From: Tubiluchus corallicola
Taxonomy: Eukaryota > Animalia > Priapulida
NCBI GenBank assembly: GCA_030141605.1
Contig: JAQGDQ010000282.1
Coordinates: 62,001 to 126,000, forward strand
Reading direction: 5' to 3'
DNA length: 64,000 bases
Position 1 is the first letter of the stretch; each line of letters begins with the position of its first letter. The notes below the pieces were generated by a model. The model saw nothing but the letters and a program-made list of their open reading frames with translations, was not told the DNA's origin and did no database searches. Positions 27,448-38,900 of this stretch are shown here, piece by piece. The position numbers and the translations under genes are program-made.

Positions 27448-28725
27448 TCATTTTTCTAAATGCACATACTCTTTCTCAACACACTTACTTTGTTCTACCC
27501 ACCATTCTTGCAAATCGTATGTTTTCGGAAGTTCACTTGGTTTGTTAAGTTTTTCGCACAGAACGCAAAAACTCAGCCCTGGCTTTCGAACAATGGAATA
27601 TTTAGATTTCCAAGCGAAATATTTCAAGTATTCCTCGTCATTTTCATTTAAATACAAAAGATATTCAGCAAGTTTCTTTGGGGACGCGAAGTCAGCTGTA
27701 TTGATTACAGAATGTGGAGGAGCGACTTTGGGGGAGCTGTAATTGGCACTTCCTCTTACGATAGGTACCACATCGTTCAGGAGCATCAGATACAATTTCT
27801 CTGTAACATAATCGCGACAAAAAGAGTTTTCGAAGGCTAGATAAAATTTGTAATTTCGTTTCAGCATTCTGTCGCAATACTGTGTTCCCTCGCAAGTAAG
27901 ATTGCCGCATTTACCGTATATGTCAACCGGTATGTACTTCTGCAGCTCTTTTGCATATTCCATGCGGTCAGAATACGCTCGGCAGTTACTAACAAACCAA
28001 GCTACCAACTTTGTTTTGCTTTTAACGTTCACACTAGCACGTCTTCTCATTGTTGGCTGTGCAATGACACTACCATGTAGACGCGGCAAGTCAGAGTCGC
28101 GTCGGTATGTCATCGTCCAGTTAAACACCCCGTTCAAATGTCTCAAATCAGGATTCTTTCCGTTCGTACGATCTTGTTTAATAGGCGGTTCCCAAACGAA
28201 GAAAACCCATCGTTGCCACGCGGGTCTAAAAGTTGGAAACGAGTGAATGTTATTAGTGCGGTTTCGCATGTGAACGATTACTGCATCACTTTCATTAACA
28301 CGAGATTTGTTGTTTGTTGTTTCGCAGTTTCTAAATTCATCTGGGCACATTTGGAATGGTGCACTACCTTTACCAAAATTGAAAAAATCGTCTAAATAGC
28401 GGTTCCAAAACAACACTAGCTTTCTTTTACTATCACTGCGAACAGTAAGCCTTATAGTGGGCCTAAGTGTTGTAGTAATATTTTGTAATTTTACTACGAT
28501 TGCTTTATTTACGCCACCTTCAATAAAAGGTCTAAAATCAGCAGGTGTTTGCTCATTTTTCCGCATTTGCGTGAATTTGATATTCACTGACTGCTTCCAG
28601 CCTAGCTGATTTCGTATAACTTTGACAAGTCTTAAATTAGGCCTTTTTAGCCGAAAATTAACAAAGCACAGTATGAAAATAAGTGCAGAGACAATCACCA
28701 ATAACAATGCACTTCTAATCCACAT
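27448..28725 (-). CDS. Alpha-1,3-fucosyltransferase (GT10, FucT C-like), intronless type II membrane protein
   Basis: First in-frame ATG at 28725 (the ORF-track start is TTG). N-terminal TM; motifs QRWVFFVWEPP, FNWTMTYRRDSD, VAWFVSNC, VDIYGKCG and the alpha-1,3-FucT motif YKFYLAFENSFCRDYVTEKL. Confidence 0.96.
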   Translation of the reverse strand: MWIRSALLLVIVSALIFILCFVNFRLKRPNLRLVKVIRNQLGWKQSVNIKFTQMRKNEQTPADFRPFIEGGVNKAIVVKLQNITTTLRPTIRLTVRSDSKRKLVLFWNRYLDDFFNFGKGSAPFQMCPDEFRNCETTNNKSRVNESDAVIVHMRNRTNNIHSFPTFRPAWQRWVFFVWEPPIKQDRTNGKNPDLRHLNGVFNWTMTYRRDSDLPRLHGSVIAQPTMRRRASVNVKSKTKLVAWFVSNCRAYSDRMEYAKELQKYIPVDIYGKCGNLTCEGTQYCDRMLKRNYKFYLAFENSFCRDYVTEKLYLMLLNDVVPIVRGSANYSSPKVAPPHSVINTADFASPKKLAEYLLYLNENDEEYLKYFAWKSKYSIVRKPGLSFCVLCEKLNKPSELPKTYDLQEWWVEQSKCVEKEYVHLEK

Positions 28726-30409
28726 TATGATACGCAATTTTAACCTGCATTTACTGAATTGTATTAAATGCTGCTGCTGCGCTGTTTTGGAGCTGCTTGA
28801 TCAATCTTGCAAGGTAATCCCTGCGTTACTACTACATCAAGGACCAGCCTATCGTTGTTTATTTGCGATTTTTGTTGGCTCTTACCAATATCGAGAATAA
28901 TAGCGCAGTGAATTTGTTTGCATGTCTGAAATCAGCTGAAGGGCTGCAACAGGTCAGTTGGCATGCGGATAGTACTTCATGTTGGTGTATTCACTGTATT
29001 GTATAATTCTCATTAAGTTACCGAGACATCGTGTACAGAAGTATTGCTTTTGAGAACTTTTGACAGACCATGGTTGTCACGTAGGCTACGGAGTGCGTCG
29101 AAAAACCATACGTGATTCACGTCCTGCTTAAAATGTTTTTGCCAAAAGACAATTAGGATATACTGTATGTCGAAAAAAAACAAGCATCGGGATTTATTGC
29201 ATAAACTTCCTAGCCAAGTAGTTTCAACGACTGTATTCTGTGATACTATTTTACAATTTACTTTACTGTACAATGCTGTAATTCTTTCACAGTTTGGCAC
29301 GCTGCAATCCGGAATCCAGCAGTCAACGGCACAGGGCTAATTGACACAGATGGTTGGGGCGGGACAAGAATCATTTTCACTATTAAAATAATCCTGTACG
29401 ACGAGATATTAAACACAAGAGTTGTCTCATTCTATGATACACCAAAGCGTCCAGCGTTTGAAAGTGAGGAACGAAAACACTTGCCTTAACAAAGTAAATA
29501 GCTGGAGGCAGATGATACCAGCCATAAACAATATCATCACGGCCAACCAATCCTTTTTCTAGCCAGTCACAACATTGCTTAACTTCTTAGCCAAGCATTT
29601 TTCTCGGCTTTTGAACTATATGACACTTTAAAACAAATGACCATTGTATTGGTGCGAGACCAGTAATAATTTTTGGCAATTTTCAGGATTCGAAGTTTCT
29701 TGGCAGCTAATAGCTGTTGCTTGACTTGCGTTCGTCTAGCTTCTGTAAAAGCAACCATCTGTTTTTCTCTTCAGTGGCATTTTTCACTTTTATATTTTGC
29801 TTATTTTCAACTCCCAGATGCGCTAAATGGCAGAACTCCTTTCACACTTAACTAGGGCACTGTGTTACGCCATGACCTACATATTTATACAGGTAAAATG
29901 ATTTTAATGGTAAGAGAACAAAAAAGAGATTAGAACAGATTTAGAAAAACATGCGGCATACACAGGACTCTATTTGATTATTACACATCCACGTTGCTGA
30001 TAAATACATGACGTGATAAAGCTTTATAACTAAATGGACTACACTACACTGTATGGGGCGTCACGGTAATTTGTGGTGAAAATGATTGTCAATTCCGACA
30101 CACGTGAATAACAGCTGTGCATGATACCTATGCAATTCAACTGCGTAATTATTGAATGGTATGGAATCCCGGTGATTTTTTCCAACGCGCTTTGTCCAGT
30201 CAGAAGCACGAATCTGCTGCACGTCACCACTGCTTACAATACTGAGCTTTGCTTTACGTTAGGCTCAATTGGCAAAGTATAAATTTCTACCCAGCCTTAA
30301 CAGTATTTACACTGGCGCAGATATAACATTTTTTGGCATGTAAACCATGTGTTTACAATTGTAAATAGTGCCTTTTTTTAACAAATTATAACTGGATATT
30401 TCACCAAAA

Positions 30410-30600
30410 GGCCCAAAAAGTAGCTAAGGGTCTAGGGGAGTACTGTAAGCGGAGTTCCGGGTGCCCCTCAATTTGCTGTATTTGAGGACATTTTGGCGGC
30501 GTCTAAGAGCACTTTAAACAGTTTTTTCCAGATCAAAAGGAATTTCTTCGCATATTTGCAGCATTTCATGGCATTTTGGGTGCATTTAAGAGTTTGTAAA
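30410..30600 (+). repeat. Short interspersed repeat, homologous in inverted orientation to 54350-54440
   Basis: Shared gggtctaggggagtactgtaagc and tttgaggacatttt blocks. Confidence 0.55.
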
Positions 30601-30637
30601 TACCAGAAAATAGAAAAAATTGTAAATGTAAATGTCA

Positions 30638-31029
30638 ACTACAATCTTTAACAAAAATACCTTGGACATGCAGGGGATATACCTCATCCAGTTTAAATGG
30701 TCTTAATCCTAAACAAAAAGCTGTTAAAGTGCACTGACTTATGTACTCTAAAGTTGAAAACCCAACCAAAAACCAAAACAAACACACAACCCCCCTTATA
30801 TAAACTTAAAATGCAGACCGGGAAGTATGACACTGTCACCAGTCCTAAATAGCATCTCATATAGGATATTAATTGCCACCAGTACTACAAGGGACATCAC
30901 ATAAAACTATACAACTTTAGAGTACATAAGTCAGTGCACTTTAACAGCTTTTTGTTTAGGATTAAGACCATTGAAACTGATGAGGTATATCCCCTGCATG
31001 TGCAAGGTATTTTTGTTAAAGATTGTAGT
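30638..31029. repeat. Long inverted repeat / foldback, arms 30638-30756 and 30912-31029
   Basis: Arms are reverse complements with 2 substitutions and 1 indel; 155-bp spacer; followed by (TA)n. Confidence 0.95.
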
Positions 31030-31946
31030 ATATATATATATAGATTAGAGAGCTCCACTGGCTCAGTAATCGTTTAGGGGAGTTTTCTCTGTCATATGTC
31101 ATCAGTGTACAGTATTGTTCAGTGCTGGATTTAGCTTGAATAGCGCTAAATTGTATAAAAAAGTGAAATGAAAATGCAAATACACGTTTTGCAAAATATA
31201 ACTTGAGTTTTTTACCATTAATTTGATTTTCTCAAACAAAATGTTGGCATTGTTTCTAATGCAAAAGTCAAGAATGAAAGTCGTTCTCAAATTTTGTTTA
31301 CTACGTGTGATACAACACAAGATTAAAATTTAGCGAAAGAACATCATCATTCCTTACAAAATAACAGGTGATTATTACAATCAATATTACAATCAGTTAC
31401 TTACAATATTAACAGTATTATTACAGGCGCACTTTAAATTAGTTTTCTTTACAATGTCACATCAACGAATCGCTTGTTGTATAAAATGCATTAACAAAAG
31501 CGCACTCAGTGATAGCACAGGTAATAAGAATCCATTGCACCTTTTAAACTTGATAAAGTTTGTACTGCAGTAACAAATGTACAAGATGATATTATAGTAT
31601 CAAACATATAATGATATATGACTATTTTCCGTTTTCGACATCCTTATGAGTGCGTACTGGCAAATTTAAATCAGCCAAATGCTCACAGAGGAAATGTGCC
31701 CATATCATGTGCCCACGAACAAATTTACGAAAATTGGATTGTTATTGTCTTAAGTATTATAGACTAGTCAGTGGAATAGTCAGCAACCTTGGGCTTCAGC
31801 TTTACTATAAATTCGTGAATTTGTTCTAGGCAAGGATTGTAGTTCTAGTAATTTTTTGTTGTTTATAAATGACCTGTGTGGAGATGTGTTAAAACTAAAA
31901 AAATATATAATGCCTCAAGGTTTCATAAACAAACAGCATTTAAAGG

Positions 31947-34037
31947 TTAAAACATTCTTCGAGTCATTAGTTTAGGAGGAGATGGTGACTCATGTGCTGG
32001 CATTGTTGAAAATGGAAAGAGCAAATTTTGAAACCAACTGGGCGATTCATCTGTATCAGGTGACACGGTTAGCAAAATACGGCGCTTCCATTTTGGCGGC
32101 GTCTTTGGCTTTACTGCCTGTTCCACGGGCACGTGAAGAACCTTCCTTGAGCAAACGTCAATTGTGTCAAGAAAATCAGGTTCTGACGTGAAAGTAGCAG
32201 CTTTTCCTTGAGAAGCGCTTCCCAATTCTTGAGATTCGAGTGGAGGAAGGAATTTACCTAATAAATGGCCTTGTGGTACCGATTCCAAGGGGGCCATTAT
32301 TGTGCTCGGCATGTTGGATTTTGCATTCTGTAACAGGTGCTGGGCTTTCATGTCATTATGAGCAAGGAGAGCAGATGGATCAAACAAAGTTTTCTCGGGT
32401 GGAATATTTTGTACTATGCCTAAATCACCAGAATCTTGTTTTTGTGTTACTAAATGATTAGTGATAGGAATGGGTGATTTACAAATTCGAGCACAAGCAT
32501 CTGGCTGGCAAATGCATCCTTGCACAAAATTCTCTTTGACACCAAGCTCAGGTGAATAAACAAACAGTGATTCTTGACAATTGCAAGCATCTTGCATATT
32601 TTTTCTGCTATTACTAGAATGGCTGGAATTGAAACAATGATGCCGATGAAACAGAGGTGCTTGTGTCAAATGCTGATGTTGTTGATTTGTGTGGTTACCT
32701 TGATAAAGATCTCCATGACATAAATGATGTTGCTGTTCATGTGCATGACCATTTTGACTTAGCTCGGCATGTGACGTCATTGAGACATGTTGATTGTATG
32801 GTGATTGCATGGCACTTGCTAGAAAATGAGAATGATTACTTTCCAGTTCAGTTTGTGAGTAAATTGCACGCGGTGGATTTTTCAAAGAAGAACAATGAGA
32901 AAGCTGGGGATATCGATGACCTACAGTAACAAAGCAACTATGCTGCTCAAACTGATGAGCAGGCTGAACTAACTTTTGAGCGATATTGCTTTCATGCAAT
33001 TGACGATCCACTCCAAACCCATTTTCTTTAATATGAGGTGATTGCCATCTTTGTTGGTGTGTGCTGGTCTTATTTATCTGCAGTAGTTTATTTAGAACTT
33101 GGTTATGTTTTTCTGCATGTAGGTCCTGTGGTTGCATTACACAGTCATTATGCTTTTCTAATTGAGGCATTGTTCGAACAGGCACTGTCTCACTGGCTTG
33201 TGTATTCTCAATGTCAGATCTTCTAACAGTTGCAGAAAAGACCATAGAGGAAGCTTCGGACACATCTAACTTCTGTGGAGTTTCACAGAGATGAGGTGGC
33301 CGTTTCAAAAGCTTTTGTAACTCGTCCGTAATTTCTGCAACTAGATTGCGGCCTGGAAAAACTTTCCTTGGTTGTAAAGACTTGCATATGCGAGCAGCAG
33401 CACCAGTGTACGGAACATCAGAAGGAAATTCATCTTTTACTGGAGAGTGAATAATAATTTGAGAAACGTTATGAGAAGGAAGACAAGCAGTAGTTCCACT
33501 TTCACAACTGCCTATGTCTGTGTGTATTTCTCTTTCGACTGCCTCACAACCACATCTATCCACGTTAGAAACAATCTGCTTAAGCTCAGTGCGATTTTTC
33601 TTTTCGATGCTGCTTGACAGTCGGAACACTTTGCTTGATCTTTTTCCCTTGTTGAATATACCAATGTGGCGGGTAAGTCTGCCAGAGGTTACAGCAGGAA
33701 CATACCTTTCACATTTTGTTAACCAACTTGAGACTTTTTCGTTGTGGTCTGCAATACGTTTTTGCTTCGTAGTTTCCACACGTTTCTCATTCTTCTTGTT
33801 AGGCATAAGTGAAACATTTGCTTGCTTTTCTCGATCAGATACACCAGTGTCTCGACTACATTCTGGCAGTACAATGGCTGGTCCACCTCCGGGTGAAGCA
33901 CAACGTTTTCGGAAGTTTTCAAGTACCGATTGCCGCAGTTTCAATTTCATTTCTTCTGAACTGCAAGTCGATTTGTTTGTCTCTCGGCGAGAGTGACGTT
34001 GACTACAATGTTTCTTCGTTTTTCTGTACTTTTTCAT
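31947..34037 (-). CDS. PRR19-like protein (meiotic crossover factor family), single coding exon, 696 aa
   Basis: Long ATG-initiated ORF with a basic N-terminus. Blocks VTSGRLTRHIGIFNKGKRSSKVFRL and RICKSLQPRKVFPGRNLVAEITDELQKLL resemble, as I recall them, vertebrate PRR19 [26 protein letters not shown] and [25 protein letters not shown]. Confidence 0.7.
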   Translation of the reverse strand: MKKYRKTKKHCSQRHSRRETNKSTCSSEEMKLKLRQSVLENFRKRCASPGGGPAIVLPECSRDTGVSDREKQANVSLMPNKKNEKRVETTKQKRIADHNEKVSSWLTKCERYVPAVTSGRLTRHIGIFNKGKRSSKVFRLSSSIEKKNRTELKQIVSNVDRCGCEAVEREIHTDIGSCESGTTACLPSHNVSQIIIHSPVKDEFPSDVPYTGAAARICKSLQPRKVFPGRNLVAEITDELQKLLKRPPHLCETPQKLDVSEASSMVFSATVRRSDIENTQASETVPVRTMPQLEKHNDCVMQPQDLHAEKHNQVLNKLLQINKTSTHQQRWQSPHIKENGFGVDRQLHESNIAQKLVQPAHQFEQHSCFVTVGHRYPQLSHCSSLKNPPRAIYSQTELESNHSHFLASAMQSPYNQHVSMTSHAELSQNGHAHEQQHHLCHGDLYQGNHTNQQHQHLTQAPLFHRHHCFNSSHSSNSRKNMQDACNCQESLFVYSPELGVKENFVQGCICQPDACARICKSPIPITNHLVTQKQDSGDLGIVQNIPPEKTLFDPSALLAHNDMKAQHLLQNAKSNMPSTIMAPLESVPQGHLLGKFLPPLESQELGSASQGKAATFTSEPDFLDTIDVCSRKVLHVPVEQAVKPKTPPKWKRRILLTVSPDTDESPSWFQNLLFPFSTMPAHESPSPPKLMTRRMF

Positions 34038-35972
34038 ATCCGCAAATTATACTAGCTAGCAACTAAAAAAAAACACGCTATTATAATAACTATCAACTTC
34101 TCAAATAGCTATAATAAAAAAAACCTACAGTCAATATCTTAAAATGCTCTTTCTTCAACATGAAGTATTTGGACCTGGTTAACATTATAATGTAATTTTA
34201 ATTATTAGCCTTCTTACACAAAACATCTTTGTGCGCATAAAGTTATTATTGTTTTACACCCTTGTTTTTTAACAATTGTTCACCCCATTATGGGTAAGAA
34301 CTAAGAAGGCATTTTTGCTTATCTAACCATGTTTGCAAATAGTAACATAAAAGTAATTGCTAAAACGTAATGCATGTTATTAGATTATTAATACATCAGA
34401 TTATTAGAATGAACCACTGAGCCACATCTGCACAAGTTTCACAGCTATTTATGTACTACTAGAAGCTGGGTGCTTCAAAACTGCTTATAGTGTGCGACAT
34501 TATTCAAAACAGTTACGCATGAATGATTTTATATATACACATGTATATGTACAGTGAATTGACTTACCATAAATTGTTTGCACTGTAGGCGAATTTGTAA
34601 ACCTCATCTGCAGCTGCCTGCATCCTAATTTATTTAATTATTTTTGGTTCATGATTTTACAAGTATTTTTTGTTATAAAGCACTTTTGGTGCATTGGTTA
34701 AAATTAGACAAGTTATTTGTTTTGTGCTAGTGTTAGGAGTGGGTTATTCTGATACACAACATATTGTTTACACAGAAAAATCTAGCCTATGTACAACATT
34801 ATTCCTTAAACATAAAACATACAATTACAGAAAAACTGCACTAGTATAAACATCATAATTAATGCATATATAAAAAGACAGTTTGTTGGGAATTAATATG
34901 AAGTGCAGTAGTCTGAGTGCTTCGGATTAGACATAGAAGTCTCTCACTATAGCAACAGTGAGCTGCACTTGAGGAAAGTCTGTAAATATTCTACAGTTGC
35001 AGTAGGCTCACTGTGAAAAAGTATGTGGCAGACTAACATGGCTTTCACGTATGTAAAAACTATGGCTTCAGTTCTCGAAATTTTACATACATCACGGTTT
35101 TTTATGCAAGCTAACGACAAATTATGATACTCACGGGTACGAGGGCTACAGTGCCCGCTTCCTGGCAAGCACTAGAGAGTGCAGAATGTTACATTTGCAA
35201 TCATCGATTATGTTAATTTATGATCAAGCACTTTGTCGAACATCATGGGTGACTTATTTTCGATGAAATTGATTAACTGGAATATCACTAATGCTGCTGA
35301 TGTATTATTGCATCACCTTAAACTTAAAATTAGAACTTAAATTTGTAAACTGACTAACATTCAAGGGTCGCATTTCAATGTGCTCTGCAAAAGGTAAACC
35401 ACAGTCCACATCACTCCTATCAGATGAAGATATGCAGCACTATTAGTAATAATGCCAGATATGCTGTCACTACTGCGCTCAAGTAAAGTTGAAGTTTTAG
35501 CATGAAAAGATTTCAAGTCGCTAAAAATTAGAAAGAAAAATTAGAAATTAAAAAAAAGAAAGTTGGTACCACTACGTAATGACTCTACCTGCGTTCCAGA
35601 AGTAGAGTGATGGAAGGCAAAATTTTGGTTGCAGAGTTTGCAATGATTGAATTTATCGCGAAAATAATGAGCTCAAAACCATTGCATAATTAATAATAAT
35701 AAAAAAAACATTCAAATATATCACTAATACATGCGGTCTGACGCGATTCACTACCGCTGTCGTCCGACAACAACAAAAGAACGTCGAAACTAAAGCGCTT
35801 GCGCTGTCTTTATTTCCATGATTATTTCCGGTTTGGCAAAAGGAGCGAGTCACAAGAAAAACAAAACTGTAGAAATTATATAAGTTTGTTATTATTACTT
35901 TTATTTAAGTAATAGTGAAATTTTGTATTCTTCAGTGCTACTTTATTTGGTTGGACCTAGTATCAGTTTGAA

Positions 35973-38900
35973 ATGGGATGTGATGGCGGCACTATTCCAA
36001 AAAGAGATGAACTTGTTAGAACCAAAAAGAAACCTGAACAGGTGCTTGTTTTATTTTTATCATCTATAGTATACATTACTGTAAAGTCACTAACAGAAAA
36101 CACCGAAACTGCAAGAATTTACCTAAAATAAACTATTTTATTTAAAACAGTACAGAAGTTTCATTGCAGCAGATTCATCAGCTTAAGGTGGTAATCTTAG
36201 TCTTACAGCTGACTGCTACTGCTAGTGCTAGTGAGTGCTACAGTGAGTGAAGCCCAATTGGGTGGAGGGTAACAGTAAATAGTAATGCCTACGTCACAAT
36301 TGAAGGCATAGTATTCTTACACTCCTTCTTCCTTTTGATATTGAAAGAAAGTATGAAGTAATCCAAGCCACAGAAAACAAAAAAAAACATTTCCTTTCCC
36401 CATAGATGGCGCTACTAAATACTAGTTGTTTAAATAAAATACTACATTAAATCATATGTAGCACCAATATCAAAAAACTTTATAATTTAATTTCAATTAT
36501 AGCACCGCCAAGTTACTATAGGCGTTTCATATATTAGCATTATAGCAATGATGCCAATTTTTATGTGGTAGAATACGTGTAAGTGTTCAAACAGAATAAT
36601 ACATTAGGGCAGGTTTGTGAAGCCTGTGGTCAAAATAAATATGTACCGTAATCATCATAACTGTCAATTCATCCGCAAGCAAATATAAAGTTAATTACTA
36701 AACTGTCGTAATCACGGAAGGCGCGCAAAGGTAGAAACATCTTTATAATCACATCATAAAATCATCATTATCAGTCAAAATCATTATTATCAAGAGTTAA
36801 ATCATATCATCGTCATGCTCTTCTCTTCTTTGTCTTCTTCATCTTCTTTTCCTCCAGGCAGTGAAAGGTGCAAGATTCTCTGTGCTTGGCCCAATATTGG
36901 TGAGAAAAACGAGGTTTTCCGCTGGTGGTATGGACATTGACGTCTCGGTTAGAGCATTTCAAGTTGTCCTTGAACCCACAGGCTGGATAGTCTTTAATGT
37001 CATAGGCCAGGCGTGCAGATGGGCAGGAGCTATCTCGGCCAAGAAAGCAGATATTTTCCTGGCTCTGCGAACAGCATACTGCCTCACAAATGGTACTTCA
37101 GTATGTGATCGTGAATGAAACAGTACGTCCATTTTATAAACCGATGCTGCCACGTAACGAGAAATGAATTGCTGAGTTTCATGTCCCATGATGAAAACAA
37201 GACGATTCACTGTTGTTCTAGTTAATATATCAGGCAAACATGAACGAGAATGAGTTGACAATCTGGCTTTGTGCATAAATCTAGTTTGATAGTAACACGC
37301 TCCATGTTGTCCAGCAGTTAGTGTTTCATACAGTTAAGGTGTCTCGAACGTGAAAACTTGTTCATGCTTGGTCAACCTGACATCCAAGATAAACAATTTT
37401 ATTTAAAACAATACAGAAGTATAGCAGCAGACTCATCAGGTTAGGGTGGTAACGTTACAGCTGACTCCAACATGCAAGTACAGATTAGGCAGAGACTAGC
37501 AGCAAGTAGTAATGCTTACATCACAAGTAGGATACGACCAGTGTGACAGAGGGGAGAGTTGGTGCAATTGACGCCATAGTGCTCTTACGTTACTAAGGAC
37601 TATAATTTATTTCGATGGTGTACGGCTTCATATACATGTACATAAGATTCAGGGCTACAGCTCCAAGAACTATACCATTTTTGGCGATCCGCATGTAGCA
37701 TGAAAGGTATCCATCTATTGTCGTCTAATTGATGGTAAACTTATTTTTCGAATCGATTCCACCAGGAAGAACGGAGGGACCTCCAAAAATAGCCTATTTT
37801 GTCCGTTTTTTGCAAAGCTTATACTACTTATTTCTGGAGAATGGGAAAGATGTGGGTGTAGTGCCTATAATGGCTGGATAGACCGCTCAACGGTGAGTGT
37901 AGTAGGCATATTTAGAATTCACTTCACCCGAAGGCAACGGTTACCTACAGTTGGCATTTTCCTGGACCCAATCTCTGATTTTATGAAGTTTTGACTGAAC
38001 ACCATGTAGGGAAAACACCCTAGCGGTGCCTAGTGGAGGCCTTCGAAGAGGAGAAACACGTTACAAGGTGACTGTTCACCTTGGGGCCTCTTTTAAGAGT
38101 ATTTCAATAACAGCCCAAAATGACTGGATAAATCCAAGTTCTTTTTTGCGATTTCCTCTTTGGAAAAATTATAGAGCGCAATCCATTGTTGGTGGTTATT
38201 TTTGCTGTTGTCATTGTCATTATGATCATTGTCACCGTGGTCATCAGCTGTAGTGGCGGCATGATGTGGTGTAGTGGGTATATGGCATGGTGTGTATTGC
38301 ATGGTGTGGTATGGTTTGTGTGGTGGTTGTGCGTACACGGTTTTACGGAAATTGTTGTTTGGATTTTGTTTTATCGCACTACAGAAAGTTAGTAAAGGCC
38401 GTGTAGGCTAATAAAAGCATATGTGCTGCTCGATATTAATCAGTTGAGAAGGCCTATTTTTTCTTGATTATTAGCAGAAAGTGAAACTGCGTGTGTTGGG
38501 CACTGTTTGCTTGCACTAGCCCACATACTGCAGTTGCACTGTTGCGCATGCACTGAATGTGCAGCACATGGTCAGTCCAGATACTGCATTGATGATTGGT
38601 GATACCGTATTAGCTCACTACAGAAATAATTCCAAGTTTAAAAGAAAAGCAGATGCTGACCAAGCCTTTATTAGTCACAATTTGCAAAGTATGCAAAATA
38701 CAGGGAAGCAAAATATTTCACCCACTTGTAAATGTCAACAAACATGCTTTTAACAATTAGGAATGGTAATGGTAACGACACTAAAATGACACTACATACT
38801 ACTATCATTAATGCCATTTATAGGCTTTGCTGATGTGATAACATTGGCTGTTGCAGTGAGCATGTTAATTAATGCTAATTTATGCTTGACAGATAGAGTA

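Noticed and set aside
27460-28900. + strand ORFs overlapping FucT (and similar ones over 31947-34037)
   Set aside because: Antisense shadows of real coding sequence
30975-31000. CTGATGA in the right foldback arm as a hammerhead
   Set aside because: No downstream stem II-GAAA core
36861-37276. ORFs inside the LTR-like element
   Set aside because: No gag, RT, integrase or GIY-YIG motif recognisable in the frames I read
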